NCBI GenBank assembly: GCA_902589175.1
Contig: CACIRX010000005.1
Coordinates: 5,708-69,707, forward strand
Direction of reading: 5' to 3'
Length of the DNA: 64,000 nucleotides
Source: an uncultured Pelagibacteraceae bacterium
GTDB lineage: Bacteria; Pseudomonadota; Alphaproteobacteria; Pelagibacterales; AG-422-B15
Part shown: positions 11,698 through 22,874 of the stretch, piece after piece
Layout: each line of letters begins with the position of its first letter
How positions within the stretch are numbered: the stretch's first letter is position 1
Made by a program: the position numbers and the translations under genes
The notes under the pieces: model-generated
What the model was told of the DNA's origin: nothing
The model's database searches: none
What the model saw: only the letters and a program-made list of their open reading frames with translations

Positions 11698-13827
11698 ATG
11701 GCACAATCAACAGTCTACAGACCTGCAAAACCGATTGATAAGCATCTTGACTCTAGATTAATAGAAAAAGCCTATTCTTTTGCAGTAGAGTGTCACAAGA
11801 CACAAAAAAGACACTCAGGAGATCCATATATATCTCATCCAGTTGCAGTTGCAGATATTCTGTTAAATTTAAAACTAGATACATCCACAATTATTACGGG
11901 CTTATTACATGACACACTTGAGGATACACTTGCAACAGAAAATGAAATTGAAGAAAGATTTGGAAAAGAAATCCTTCAATTAGTTAACGGTGTTACAAAA
12001 CTATCAAAAATCGAAACCTATACTGAAAACAAATTTCAAGCTGAAAATTTTAGAAAATTAATTTTAGCAATGTCGAAGGATATCAGGGTTTTGCTAGTAA
12101 AGTTAGCTGACCGCTTGCATAACATGAGAACAATTCAATTTATTCCTCAGGAAAAAAGAAGACAGCGTATTGCATCTGAAACACTAGAAATTTATGCTCC
12201 TCTTGCCGGAAGATTGGGAATGCATGAATTTAAAGATGAGTTAGAAGATTTATCATTTCAAATTTTAAATCCATCAGCATATTCCTCGTTGATGACAAGA
12301 ATTGAGTATTTGAAAAAAGATAAATCTAATTTAACGGATAAAATAAAAACTAGAATATTCAGTCTTTTAGAAAAAAATGAAATTAATTGTCAAATAATAG
12401 GTCGTGAAAAAAAGATATTCTCTGTATGGAATAAAATGCAAAATAAGCAAATTGCTTTTAGACAATTGTCTGATATTTTTGCATATAGGATTATCACTGA
12501 AAGTATTGAAGACTGTTATAGTATACTAGGTATCATTCATAATCGGTGGTCTGCTGTCCCTGGCTCATTTAAAGATTACATATCGACACCAAAAATAAAT
12601 AATTATCAGTCAATTCATACAACGATAGTTGGCCCCGAAAGACAAAGAGTTGAACTTCAAATTCGAACAAATGAAATGAATACTATAGCAGATAAGGGTA
12701 TAGCTGCACACTGGAGCTACAAGGAGAATTATAATTTAGTAGATAACTCTTCTTCAGATCCAGTTAATGTTACTTGGTTGAGAGATTTAGTCGAAATATT
12801 GGACAGCGGTGGAAGCTCTGAGGACTTACTCGAAGCTACAAAATTAGAAATGTTCCAGGATCAAGTTTTTTGTTTTACACCTAAAGGTGACTTAATTCAT
12901 TTGCCTGCAAATTCTAACTCTATCGATTTTGCTTATGCCCTTCATTCTGAAATTGGGAATCGTTGTGTTGGATGTAAGATTAATGGCAAACCTAGACCCT
13001 TATTTACAAAACTTCAAAATGGAGATGAGATTGAAATATTAACATCAAAAAAACCATCTCCATCTGAAACTTGGGAAAATATTGTTACAACTGCAAAGGC
13101 ACAGTCATCGATAAAAAGATTTTTTAAAAAGCAAGAGAAAGATGAATTTACAAGTCTAGGGTTAAAAATATTACATAAAGTCACAGGTAGAAATGAAGAT
13201 ATTTCAAACACAGAAATTAGTAATTTTGCACAAAGTTTTAATAGGAGAAGTCCTGAGGAGTTTCTTGTTGCTATCGGGAAAGGAAGTATAAAGCCACATC
13301 AATTATCAAAGCTTAAGCCCCGTTCAACTTTGTCATTTTTTTCTCGATACAGAAGAAGAGACACAAACGATAAGATGCCTTTAGAGATAAGTAACTTCCA
13401 AGCTGGAATTGCAATTCATTATGCAGAATGCTGTTTCCCTTTACCTAATGAAAATATTTTAGGACTTACATCAGAAGACTCAGGTGTAATCATTCACTCC
13501 AGTTTATGTAAGGAGCTAGATAAAGAAACAAAAAAAGAAGATTGGATCACTGCCTCATGGAAAGATGTAGATCCAAAGCAGTATTTTTCGTCAAGAATAA
13601 AAGTCTCAGTTAAAAATGAACCTGGATCTTTAGGTAAATTAGCAACCATTGTTGGAAGTGCAGGTGGTAATATAACTAACCTTAACATATCTGAAAAAGG
13701 CGATGATTATTTTGATATGATTTTTATTATTGACGTTCATAATCTTGACCATCTGGATAAGATTATAGAAACTCTTTCAGAGGTGGATATTGTAAGTTCG
13801 GTACGTAGGCTTTTGATAAATTTATGA
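11698..13827 (+). CDS. spoT: Bifunctional (p)ppGpp synthetase/hydrolase (long RSH)
   Basis: HD domain (R.SGDPYISHP, LLHDTLED), synthetase (KDYISTPK, YQSIHT, ELQIRT), TGS domain (DFAYALH) and C-terminal ACT domain. Confidence 0.96.
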   Translation: MAQSTVYRPAKPIDKHLDSRLIEKAYSFAVECHKTQKRHSGDPYISHPVAVADILLNLKLDTSTIITGLLHDTLEDTLATENEIEERFGKEILQLVNGVTKLSKIETYTENKFQAENFRKLILAMSKDIRVLLVKLADRLHNMRTIQFIPQEKRRQRIASETLEIYAPLAGRLGMHEFKDELEDLSFQILNPSAYSSLMTRIEYLKKDKSNLTDKIKTRIFSLLEKNEINCQIIGREKKIFSVWNKMQNKQIAFRQLSDIFAYRIITESIEDCYSILGIIHNRWSAVPGSFKDYISTPKINNYQSIHTTIVGPERQRVELQIRTNEMNTIADKGIAAHWSYKENYNLVDNSSSDPVNVTWLRDLVEILDSGGSSEDLLEATKLEMFQDQVFCFTPKGDLIHLPANSNSIDFAYALHSEIGNRCVGCKINGKPRPLFTKLQNGDEIEILTSKKPSPSETWENIVTTAKAQSSIKRFFKKQEKDEFTSLGLKILHKVTGRNEDISNTEISNFAQSFNRRSPEEFLVAIGKGSIKPHQLSKLKPRSTLSFFSRYRRRDTNDKMPLEISNFQAGIAIHYAECCFPLPNENILGLTSEDSGVIIHSSLCKELDKETKKEDWITASWKDVDPKQYFSSRIKVSVKNEPGSLGKLATIVGSAGGNITNLNISEKGDDYFDMIFIIDVHNLDHLDKIIETLSEVDIVSSVRRLLINL

Positions 13828-14408
13828 AAACTGAAAAAGAAATAAAAGATTTTTTTGAAAAAGTAGATGCTATTCAACGTGGACATTTTATACTTTCATC
13901 GGGAAAAAGATCCAAAATTTACTGCCAGTGTTCAAAGTTATTTGAAGACCCTCGAAATGGAGAGATGGTCTGTGAAGAGTTAAAGTACAGGGTGCAAGAA
14001 AACATTGATGACGAGATTGATTATGTGATTTCTCCTGCTATAGGAGGTCTTCTCGTCGGGTATGAGCTTGCAAGATCTTTAGGATCTCAATTTATATTCT
14101 ATGAGAGAGTCGATAACGTATTTGAATTGAGGAGAGGCTTTAATATTAAGGAAAATGCAAATGTCTTGTTCGTTGAGGATGTAGTTACAACAGGGAAATC
14201 AACAAATGAATGTTTAGAAAAACTAAAACCCCTAAATATTAATTTATTAGGCATTGCAGCAATCGTTGATCGTTCAAATCATAAATTATTTAAAGACCAC
14301 AATGTAATATCAGTCCTGAAACTAGATATTCCAATTTATGATCCCAATAATCTCCCAGACGATCTTAATAAAATACCTGCAACAAAACCTGGCAGTAGAG
14401 TAATATAA
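13824..14408 (+). CDS. pyrE: Orotate phosphoribosyltransferase
   Basis: GHFILSSG, PAIGG, LRRGF, VEDVVTTGKS and KPGSR motifs. Confidence 0.94.
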   Translation: MKTEKEIKDFFEKVDAIQRGHFILSSGKRSKIYCQCSKLFEDPRNGEMVCEELKYRVQENIDDEIDYVISPAIGGLLVGYELARSLGSQFIFYERVDNVFELRRGFNIKENANVLFVEDVVTTGKSTNECLEKLKPLNINLLGIAAIVDRSNHKLFKDHNVISVLKLDIPIYDPNNLPDDLNKIPATKPGSRVI

Positions 14409-15146
14409 ATGACCCTACCTCGTCTTGGTGTAAATATCGATCATGTAGCAACTCTTAGAAATGCCAGAGGAGAAAACTATCCAAGCCCATTGAGAGCTGC
14501 TCTTTTGTGCCAAGAATATGGAGCAGATGGCATAACTACGCATCTAAGAGAAGATAGGCGTCATATAAGAGACGATGATATTAATGAAATTATTGAGAAC
14601 ATTTCCATTCCTTTAAATTTTGAAATGGCACCAACCGATGAAATGGTTGATATAGCAGTGAATGCAGGTCCGAATGCATGTTGTATTGTTCCAGAAAAAA
14701 GAGAAGAAATAACCACTGAGGGCGGAATAGATGTAAGAAGTAATCATAATATTCTTGTACCAAAAATTGAAAAGATAAAAAAAAATAATATAAGGGTCTC
14801 TTTGTTTATAGACGCTTCAACGGACCAAATCAAAATGGCCAAAGAGATTGGAGCTGATATTGTAGAGCTTCATACGGGAGAATTTTGCCGTAAAATAAAC
14901 TATAAGGAAGATGCTTCATCAGAACTTGAACGAATTAGAGAAGCAGCAGATTTTAGTAATAGCATTGGACTTGAATTACATTTTGGTCACGGAATAACAT
15001 TCGATTCTGTAGGGGAACTATCTAAGATAAAGGAAGTAAAAGAGTTTAACATTGGACATTTTATCATTTCTGAATCAGTTTTTCTTGGACTCGAAAAATC
15101 AATAAGTAAATTTAGAGAACTGATTAAAAAAGGAAGAGAAAATTAG
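14409..15146 (+). CDS. pdxJ: Pyridoxine 5'-phosphate synthase
   Basis: LGVNIDHVATLRNARG, HLREDRRHI, VPEKREE and EFNIGH motifs. Confidence 0.97.
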   Translation: MTLPRLGVNIDHVATLRNARGENYPSPLRAALLCQEYGADGITTHLREDRRHIRDDDINEIIENISIPLNFEMAPTDEMVDIAVNAGPNACCIVPEKREEITTEGGIDVRSNHNILVPKIEKIKKNNIRVSLFIDASTDQIKMAKEIGADIVELHTGEFCRKINYKEDASSELERIREAADFSNSIGLELHFGHGITFDSVGELSKIKEVKEFNIGHFIISESVFLGLEKSISKFRELIKKGREN

Positions 15147-15526
15147 TGATAGGCCTAGGATCAGATTTAATTGATATACGCAGAATAGAAAACACCCTTT
15201 CAAAGTTTGGAGATAGGTTTAAAAAAAGAATTTTTACTGAAAATGAGATAAAAAAATGTGAAAGAAGAAAAGAAAATGCTGCTTGTTATGCTAAAAGGTT
15301 TGCAGCTAAGGAAGCTGCGGCAAAGGCTCTAGGTACAGGTTTTAGAAATGGAGTTTTTTGGAGAGATTTAGAAGTTACCAATCTACCTTCAGGAAAACCT
15401 ACGATTACTTTTCATGGAAATTCTCAACTTCAACTCAAAAAAATTACGAACGATAAGGAGCCAGACATAAGTTTAACAATTACTGATGAGTTTCCTTACG
15501 CTCAAGCAATTGTAACAATTAATTAA
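15146..15526 (+). CDS. acpS: Holo-ACP synthase
   Basis: IGLGSDLIDIRRI and AKRFAAKEAAAKALGTG motifs. Confidence 0.96.
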   Translation: MIGLGSDLIDIRRIENTLSKFGDRFKKRIFTENEIKKCERRKENAACYAKRFAAKEAAAKALGTGFRNGVFWRDLEVTNLPSGKPTITFHGNSQLQLKKITNDKEPDISLTITDEFPYAQAIVTIN

Positions 15527-15530
15527 TTTA

Positions 15531-16265
15531 ATGACCGATAAATTTCTAAGTAAATCATGGTTTAAATCAAATTTGTTAACATTGATTTATGCATTGTTAA
15601 TAGCTTTATTGATCAGAACTTTTTTATTCCAACCATTTTTTATTCCCTCTTCTTCAATGGAGCCAAATTTACTTATTGGTGATCGGTTATTTGCTTCAAA
15701 GTATGATTATGGTTACAGTAAACATTCATTTCCATTTAGTCTTGGGCCAATATCAGATCGAGTTTTATCAAAAAATCCAGAAAGAGGAGATGTTATAATA
15801 TTTAAACCGCCTCATACTAATTTGGACTATATTAAAAGATTAGTAGGTATGCCAGGCGATATCATTAAAGTTGAAGATGGTAAATTAATCATCAATGGTG
15901 AAAGCGCTAAATATAAAGAATTAAGAGAGGATACGAAAATTTTAAAAAATGGACGCGTAGTAAAAGCTAGAGTTCTCATCGAAACTTTACCAAACGGAAA
16001 ATCATATGAAATTTATAATTATTTAGACGGATCCCCAGGCGATAATACTAATGAAATAATTGTTCCAAATGACAGTTACTTTTTCCTAGGTGATAATAGA
16101 GATAATTCAAATGATAGCCGATTTTGGGGCTCTGTAAATTTTGACAGATTAGTAGGTAAGGCACAAATTATATTTTTTTCAACTGAAGGTGGTTCAAAAT
16201 TTTATGAGATTTGGAAGTGGCCTTTTGATATACAATTTAAAAGGTTGCTTAAGCTAATAAGTTAA
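15531..16265 (+). CDS. lepB: Signal peptidase I
   Basis: IPSSSMEP, YIKRLVGMPGD and GDNRDNSNDSR motifs. Confidence 0.96.
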   Translation: MTDKFLSKSWFKSNLLTLIYALLIALLIRTFLFQPFFIPSSSMEPNLLIGDRLFASKYDYGYSKHSFPFSLGPISDRVLSKNPERGDVIIFKPPHTNLDYIKRLVGMPGDIIKVEDGKLIINGESAKYKELREDTKILKNGRVVKARVLIETLPNGKSYEIYNYLDGSPGDNTNEIIVPNDSYFFLGDNRDNSNDSRFWGSVNFDRLVGKAQIIFFSTEGGSKFYEIWKWPFDIQFKRLLKLIS

Positions 16266-16945
16266 TGGTAAAAAATTTATCAATTTTAGAAAAAAAAATT
16301 TCCTACAAATTTAAAGACAAAACCCTATTAAAACGGGCGGTCACACATAAGAGTTACAAAAAACTAGAAAGTAATGAAAATCTAGAATTTCTCGGTGATA
16401 GGGTTTTAGGATTAGTAATTTCAGAGAGACTTTTAATAGATAAGCCAGATAAACACGAAGGTTCTCTCGACAAAATGCTAAGCAGTCTGGTAGACAGAAA
16501 TGCCTGCCATGAAATAGCAAAAAAAATATCCCTTGGAGATTTTATTCTTTTAGGACAAACTGAAAAATCATCACTCGGTAACAATAAAAAAAGTATTCTA
16601 TCTGATACATGTGAAGCATTGTTGGGAGCAATATATTTAGATTCTAGTTTTACTCAGGTAAGAAAAGTTATATTTGAATTATGGAAAACAAATTTTGATA
16701 ATATTGCTGAAGATATTATTGATGCAAAATCAAAGCTACAAGAGTGGACTCTAAAAAAATATAAAACTCTTCCTAAGTATAAAACAATCAGTAAAACTGG
16801 TCCTGACCATAATCCTGAATTTAAAATTCAAGTTGAATTTATGAATTATAAAAAAGCTATAGGAACTTCTTCATCAATAAAAGAATCAGAAAAAAATGCC
16901 GCTCAAGCTTTCATAGAGAAAAATAAGATAAATTTTATTAAATGA
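16265..16945 (+). CDS. rnc: Ribonuclease III
   Basis: NENLEFLGDRVL, D.CEALLGAIYLD and a dsRBD with KSKLQEW, GPDH. Confidence 0.96.
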   Translation: MVKNLSILEKKISYKFKDKTLLKRAVTHKSYKKLESNENLEFLGDRVLGLVISERLLIDKPDKHEGSLDKMLSSLVDRNACHEIAKKISLGDFILLGQTEKSSLGNNKKSILSDTCEALLGAIYLDSSFTQVRKVIFELWKTNFDNIAEDIIDAKSKLQEWTLKKYKTLPKYKTISKTGPDHNPEFKIQVEFMNYKKAIGTSSSIKESEKNAAQAFIEKNKINFIK

Positions 16946-17790
16946 AGAGTGGAAACATTGTATTAATTGGGCCAACAAATTCAGGAAAGTCATCTCTTGT
17001 TAATAAAATAATGGGACAACGGGTATCACTTGTTTCAAGGAAAAAGCAGTCAACTACATTTAATCAAAAAGTCTATAAGAAATTCTCTGAAAACGAATTT
17101 ATTATCCAAGATACCCCAGGCTTTTTTTCGAGTAGAAAAAAAATTAATAATAATATCATTTCATCCCCCCTTGCGGAAATTGAGACGTCAGATTTAATTT
17201 ACGTTGTCGTAGATATTTCTTTAAGAATTAATAATGAGTATAAAAAAATTATTAACTCTCTAGAAAATAAGATTGAAAAACAGCATGTATTTCTAATACT
17301 AAATAAAATAGACAAAGTTAAGAAAGAGAAAGTACTTAGCGCAATTAAATTTTATTCTAAAGAAAAAATATTTAATGAAATATTTCCAATCTCAAGTCTC
17401 ACAGGTGAAGGAGTTGCAAATCTCATAAAATTTTCAAAGAAATTTACTATTAAAACTTCAATAAAAAGCAAGCAATCTAGTAATATACAGATTAAGAAGA
17501 AGCTATTTTATTCAGAAGTAACACGTGAAAAAATACTAGATAAGGTACATAGAGAGATACCTTATCAGTGTGATGTCGTTACTGAAAAGATTAATAAGTT
17601 TGAAAGTCAAATCAAAATATACCAATCGATTGTAGTTAAAAGACAATCACATAAGAATATACTTGTTGGAAAGAAAGGTTCAATGTTGAAAGAAATTGGA
17701 CAAGCTTCAAGAAAAGAAATCGCAAGATTTGAAAACAAAAAGATTCACCTATTTTTATTTGTAAAGCTGACTAAAGAAAAGAAAATATGA
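16942..17790 (+). CDS. era: GTPase Era (divergent)
   Basis: G1 GPTNSGKSS, DTPG, NKID; KH domain with REIPY and GKKGSMLKEIG; position between rnc and recO. Confidence 0.92.
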   Translation: MKSGNIVLIGPTNSGKSSLVNKIMGQRVSLVSRKKQSTTFNQKVYKKFSENEFIIQDTPGFFSSRKKINNNIISSPLAEIETSDLIYVVVDISLRINNEYKKIINSLENKIEKQHVFLILNKIDKVKKEKVLSAIKFYSKEKIFNEIFPISSLTGEGVANLIKFSKKFTIKTSIKSKQSSNIQIKKKLFYSEVTREKILDKVHREIPYQCDVVTEKINKFESQIKIYQSIVVKRQSHKNILVGKKGSMLKEIGQASRKEIARFENKKIHLFLFVKLTKEKKI

Positions 17791-18509
17791 GGTGGTCTGG
17801 AACAGGTTTTGTATTAGGATTTAAAAAATATAATGAGTCATCTTATATTTTAGATGCGTTTACAAAAGACCATGGAAGGCATAAGGGATTAATTAGAGGA
17901 ATACATTCGAAAAATTTACGTGCAGTAATAGAGCCAGGAAATGAAGTAATGTTAAATTGGTCTGGACGTTTAGAAAGCCACTTGGGTAATTATACTATTG
18001 AACCTATTAAATTGTGGTCATCTTATATACTGAATCGTAAAGTAAATTTGCATGGTATAAATTCTATTTGTTCAATAATTATATCTACTATGGCTGAGAA
18101 ACAGCAAAATACCTTTATGTATGAAAAGTCACTAAGTCTAATAAAAGATATATGTAAGAATAAAGAAGATTGGATCAAAAGTTATATTTTTTGGGAAATT
18201 GATTTACTGTCAGATATCGGTTACGGCCTAGATTTAACTGAATGCGCAGTAACATCTGAGAAAGAAAATTTAAAGTTTGTTTCGCCAAGTAGTGGAAGGG
18301 CTGTAACTAGAGAAGGAGCAGGATCTTATAAAGATAAACTGTTTAAACTGCCCAACTTTTTAATCAACAGATCGTCTGAATACAATAATGAAGATTTAGA
18401 GAATGCACTCAGTCTGACAGAGCATTTTTTTCGAAAGAGATTTTATGAGCCAAATAATCTTAATTTCCCAAAAAGCAGGAATCATCTAAAAATTTCAATT
18501 ATAAAATGA
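17787..18509 (+). CDS. recO: DNA repair protein RecO
   Basis: Alphaproteobacterial RecO pattern: [30 protein letters not shown]. Confidence 0.93.
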   Translation: MRWSGTGFVLGFKKYNESSYILDAFTKDHGRHKGLIRGIHSKNLRAVIEPGNEVMLNWSGRLESHLGNYTIEPIKLWSSYILNRKVNLHGINSICSIIISTMAEKQQNTFMYEKSLSLIKDICKNKEDWIKSYIFWEIDLLSDIGYGLDLTECAVTSEKENLKFVSPSSGRAVTREGAGSYKDKLFKLPNFLINRSSEYNNEDLENALSLTEHFFRKRFYEPNNLNFPKSRNHLKISIIK

Positions 18510-20710
18510 AAATCAAAAACATTAACTTCACTGACGCGTTAGAAGAAAAGTATCTAGCATACGCACTTTCCACAATTACTCATCGAGCGCTACCAGATAT
18601 TCGTGATGGGCTAAAGCCGGTTCATAGAAGGCTATTGTTTGCAATGTTTCAATTGAGGCTAAACTCAAGTTCTGGTTTTAAGAAATCAGCAAGAATAGTT
18701 GGCGATGTAATTGGTAAATTTCACCCGCACGGAGATCAGTCTGTTTACGAAGCACTCGTGAGATTAGCTCAGAATTTTTCAACAAGGTATCCGTTAGTTG
18801 ATGGCCAAGGAAATTTTGGTAACATTGATGGAGATAATGCAGCTGCAATGAGATATACAGAGGCAAGATTGACTGCGTTAGCAGAGCTCATGCTAAAAGA
18901 TATATCAGAGGATACCATTGACTATATTAATACATATGATGGCATCGATCACGAGCCAATAGTACTTCCATCAGCGTTTCCAAATTTGCTAGCTAATGGT
19001 AGTTCAGGAATTGCAGTTGGAATGGCGACAAATATTCCTCCCCATAACATCAATGAATTGTTTAAGGCCTTATCAAAATTATTAAAAAATCCAAATTATA
19101 CTAACTCACAATTACTAAAGCTTATTCCAGGACCAGATTTTCCAACAGGAGGAGAAATCATTGATAGTGATGATGCGTTGAAAGATGCCTATGTCAAAGG
19201 AAAGGGAACAATAAGGCTTCGGGCAAGATGGAAAAAAGAAGACCTTGGAAGAGGTCAATATCAAATTATCGTCTATGAAATTCCCTATCAAGTAAATAAA
19301 GCCAGAATTATAGAAAAAATATCTGATCTTATTGATAATAAGAAAGCAAATTACCTAGAGGCAATTCAAGATGAGTCTGCAGAAGATATCAGAATAGTTC
19401 TCATTCCAAAAAATAGAAGTTTTAAAGCTGAAGTAATTTTCGAGGACTTATGTAAGAATTCAGATTTAGAAATTAGATACGCCATTAATTTTAATGCAAT
19501 CAATCACAAACTCGAGCCAAAATTATTTTCACTTAAAGAGAGCTTAAAATCATTTATTGACCATAGGTTTAATGTTTTAAAAAGAAGAACAAAATATCGA
19601 TTAATTCAAACCGAGAATAGGCTAGAAATACTCAAAGGCTTTTTAATAGTTTATAAAAATTTAAACAAAGTAATTAAAATTATTAGAACAGATGCAAATC
19701 CTGAGAAAAAGTTGATTAGCGTATTTAGAATAAATAAGAGGCAAGCCGAAGCAATACTGGCAATGAGGTTAAGGCAATTAAAAAAATTAGAAGAAAATGA
19801 AATTAAAAAAGAAAATGAAGATTTGAATACATATAAGAAAGAATTAAACAAACTACTAAAATCAAAAAAAGAGCAAATAAAGGAATTAAATTTAGAATTC
19901 ACAAAAAGTTTAGAATTATTTTCAAAAGATGAAAATGCTACAAATAGAAAAACTGTTGTTAATACAGAATATAAAGAAATTGACTACTCGATTGAAGAAT
20001 TTGAAAGTAAAGATCCCGTAACAGTGATACTCTCAAAAAATGGATGGATAAAAACCATAAAAGGACATCAGGATGATTATACAAACGTGAAGTATAAAGA
20101 AGGAGATGCTGAGAAATTTATTATAAAATTAAAAAATAATAGTAAACTTCTGCTTTTTTCTACTTTAGGTAAATTTTATACAATTAATTGTAACAAAATA
20201 TCTGCAGGAAGAGGTTTTGGCGATCCTGTCAGTCTATTGATTGATAAAAATGATAATGAAGAAATTTTATTTGCAACTACTTATGAGCAAGAGAAGGAAT
20301 ATCTAATTACCAGTAGTGCAGGCAAGGGATTTTTTGTAAATACTTCAGATTTAATGGCGTCTACTAAATCGGGGAAAAGGGTTATGAATTTAAAAGGTAA
20401 TGAAAAAGCCATCTCCTGTTTTCAAAAAAAAGGAGACTTAATAGCTGTTTTTAGTGGTGAAAAGAAAGCGGTAAAACTTCTAATTTTTGATCATTCAGAA
20501 ATACCTTTAATGCAAAAAGGAAGAGGGGTGACATTACAGAAATTCAAAAGTGGAAAAACTTTGAGCGGTATTTGCTTTGACTCTAAGGAAGGTATTTTAA
20601 ATCAGAATAATGGTAAAACTCTTTTGGCGGCCAATGAAATAAAAAAATGGCTGAGTAAAAGAGCTCATGCTGGTAAAATTGAACCTAAAAGTTTACATTC
20701 CAAAATTTAA
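18506..20710 (+). CDS. parC: DNA topoisomerase IV subunit A
   Basis: [30 protein letters not shown] and AAMRYTE motifs; 734 aa with no GyrA-box. Confidence 0.95.
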   Translation: MKIKNINFTDALEEKYLAYALSTITHRALPDIRDGLKPVHRRLLFAMFQLRLNSSSGFKKSARIVGDVIGKFHPHGDQSVYEALVRLAQNFSTRYPLVDGQGNFGNIDGDNAAAMRYTEARLTALAELMLKDISEDTIDYINTYDGIDHEPIVLPSAFPNLLANGSSGIAVGMATNIPPHNINELFKALSKLLKNPNYTNSQLLKLIPGPDFPTGGEIIDSDDALKDAYVKGKGTIRLRARWKKEDLGRGQYQIIVYEIPYQVNKARIIEKISDLIDNKKANYLEAIQDESAEDIRIVLIPKNRSFKAEVIFEDLCKNSDLEIRYAINFNAINHKLEPKLFSLKESLKSFIDHRFNVLKRRTKYRLIQTENRLEILKGFLIVYKNLNKVIKIIRTDANPEKKLISVFRINKRQAEAILAMRLRQLKKLEENEIKKENEDLNTYKKELNKLLKSKKEQIKELNLEFTKSLELFSKDENATNRKTVVNTEYKEIDYSIEEFESKDPVTVILSKNGWIKTIKGHQDDYTNVKYKEGDAEKFIIKLKNNSKLLLFSTLGKFYTINCNKISAGRGFGDPVSLLIDKNDNEEILFATTYEQEKEYLITSSAGKGFFVNTSDLMASTKSGKRVMNLKGNEKAISCFQKKGDLIAVFSGEKKAVKLLIFDHSEIPLMQKGRGVTLQKFKSGKTLSGICFDSKEGILNQNNGKTLLAANEIKKWLSKRAHAGKIEPKSLHSKI

Positions 20711-20728
20711 TATCTATCTTAGTTTTAT

Positions 20729-22018
20729 ATGGAAAACTATCCAGACAGTTACTATGCACAAAATATAGAGATCCTAAAGAAACCTTATGATCAACTAATT
20801 GATAATCATGAGTGTGACATCTGTGTAGTCGGCGGAGGCTTTTCAGGACTATCAACAGCTATTGAGGCTGCGAAAAAAGGACTAAAGGTAATTGTAATTG
20901 AGCAAAATTTATTTGGGTGGGGCGCTTCGGGCAGAAATGGAGGCCAAATATGGAATGACGTATCATGGGGTATAGACGTAATTGAGAAGAAATATGGAAT
21001 TAAACTTGCAAGGCAAATCTGGGATATATCTCAAGCTTCTGTAGATTTAATTGATGACAGAATAAGGGAATTTGGCATTGAATGTGATAAAAAAAATGGG
21101 GGAATTAGTGCCGCTACTAGCGCGGCCAAACTCAGAGAGTATGAAGAAAATAGAGAGTATAAAATAAAAACATACAACTATAATAATTTAGAACTCCTTG
21201 ACAAAAATAGTGTCGATAAAGAAATTGGTTCATCACTATACTACGGGGGTGTCCTTGATAAAGGGGCGGGGCATTTACATCCAATTAAATATGCATTGGG
21301 GTTGGTAAAAGCGGCAGAAAAATTAAACGTAAAACTTTATGAAAGATCTGTGGTTACTAAGATTAATAAAACAAGTCATGCGGTTGAGGTTCTTACAGAT
21401 AGAGGGATGGTAAAAGCTAAAAAAATAGCAGTATGTTGCAACGCCTATATAAAAGGTCTAAATTTAGGTATTGAAAATAGAATAATGCCATGTGCTACTT
21501 ATATTGTCTGTACTGAGCCATTAAGTCAAAATTTACAGAGAGAAATACTGCCAAACGATTATTGCGTTAGTGATACAAATTTTGATTTAAATTATTATAG
21601 ATTATCTGACAGCAAGAGAATGATATTTGGTGGTGCAGTAGGCTATTCACTAAAGATTGTAGAGGGATTAAAAAAAAGAACCAAGAGGCAATTAAATAAA
21701 GTGTATCCAAATTTAAGTGAATTAAAAATTGACTATATCTGGGGTGGATTAATAGCGTTAACAATGAATAGAGTGCCTGACATTGGGATGGTGAATGATA
21801 AAATTTATTATGCTCAAGGCTTCTCAGGACATGGAGTTGCATTAACTGGAATTGCTGGAAAGATTTTAGCAGAAAATATGGTAAGTGAAAAAACAAAGGA
21901 GCTCGAGGCATTTGAAAAGATTAAACATAAAAATTTTCCTGGAGGAAGATTATTTAGGATGCCTTTACTTGTAACCATAAGCTCTATGCAAAGAATGATG
22001 GATATTTTCAATGTATAA
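20729..22018 (+). CDS. FAD-dependent oxidoreductase, gamma-glutamylputrescine oxidase (PuuB/OrdL) family
   Basis: YPDSYYA N-terminus, GGGFSG, GWGASGRNGGQ, AGHLHP, YAQGFSGHGV and FPGG motifs. Confidence 0.82.
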   Translation: MENYPDSYYAQNIEILKKPYDQLIDNHECDICVVGGGFSGLSTAIEAAKKGLKVIVIEQNLFGWGASGRNGGQIWNDVSWGIDVIEKKYGIKLARQIWDISQASVDLIDDRIREFGIECDKKNGGISAATSAAKLREYEENREYKIKTYNYNNLELLDKNSVDKEIGSSLYYGGVLDKGAGHLHPIKYALGLVKAAEKLNVKLYERSVVTKINKTSHAVEVLTDRGMVKAKKIAVCCNAYIKGLNLGIENRIMPCATYIVCTEPLSQNLQREILPNDYCVSDTNFDLNYYRLSDSKRMIFGGAVGYSLKIVEGLKKRTKRQLNKVYPNLSELKIDYIWGGLIALTMNRVPDIGMVNDKIYYAQGFSGHGVALTGIAGKILAENMVSEKTKELEAFEKIKHKNFPGGRLFRMPLLVTISSMQRMMDIFNV

Positions 22019-22874
22019 CATTCTTTTTATAGGGATTGGGAAAATGGGCTCTCCAATGGCTGGCTACCTATCAAAAAAATATGATGTTTCTATTTATAAT
22101 CGTACAAAAAGTAAATGTGATAACTGGATCAAAAATTATAAAGGGAAAGTTATTGATAAATTATCAGAAACTAATCAAAAATATGATTTTATTATTTCAT
22201 GTGTAGGCAACGATGAAGATTTAAAAGAAATAACTTCAATAGATAAAGGGTGCCTAAATTCTCTTAAAGAAAAATCAATATTCATTGATCATTCAACTGT
22301 ATCTCCAAGAATTGTAAGAGAAGTAGAAAAAAACTTAGAAAATTTAGGCGTTAGTTTCCTTGATGCCCCAATATCTGGAGGACAAGCGGGAGCGGAGAAA
22401 GGCCAATTAAGCATAATGATTGGAGGTTCAGAAAAGGCATATGAAAGAAGCATTGAAATATTAGGATCATATGGAAAAAAAATAAAATATATGGGTCCTT
22501 CAGGATCTGGCCAGCTAACCAAAATAATTAATCAAATTTGTATTGCAGGACTAGTTCAAGGCTTATCAGAATCTATTTATTTTATGAAACATACCGATTT
22601 AAACCCTGATGATGTATTGGAAGTAATTTCATCAGGCGCCGCACAATCATGGCAAATGGATAATCGTTTTAAGTCAATGGTAGCGGGAGAATTCGATTTT
22701 GGTTTTGCAGTTGATTTAATGAGAAAAGATCTTTCAATTGCATTTGCAGAAGCAGATATACATGGCATTAATTTAGAGGTGACTAAAATTGTCGATAAAT
22801 TCTATAGCGATATTCAAGATATAGGTGGAAGTAAACTTGATACATCAAGTTTAATAAAACGTTTAATCAATTAG
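22011..22874 (+). CDS. NAD(P)-dependent beta-hydroxyacid dehydrogenase (3-hydroxyisobutyrate/2-hydroxy-3-oxopropionate reductase family)
   Basis: FIGIGKMG, FLDAPISGGQAGA, GSGQLTK..NQ and FDFGFAVD.MRKDL motifs. Confidence 0.87.
   Translation: MYNILFIGIGKMGSPMAGYLSKKYDVSIYNRTKSKCDNWIKNYKGKVIDKLSETNQKYDFIISCVGNDEDLKEITSIDKGCLNSLKEKSIFIDHSTVSPRIVREVEKNLENLGVSFLDAPISGGQAGAEKGQLSIMIGGSEKAYERSIEILGSYGKKIKYMGPSGSGQLTKIINQICIAGLVQGLSESIYFMKHTDLNPDDVLEVISSGAAQSWQMDNRFKSMVAGEFDFGFAVDLMRKDLSIAFAEADIHGINLEVTKIVDKFYSDIQDIGGSKLDTSSLIKRLIN

Noticed and set aside
16942-17790. Era looks degenerate (G2 region and inter-domain linker) and might be a pseudogene or hide a compensated frameshift
   Set aside because: The frame is open, G1/G3/G4 and KH motifs are present, and I saw no better alternative frame; it fits AT-driven divergence.
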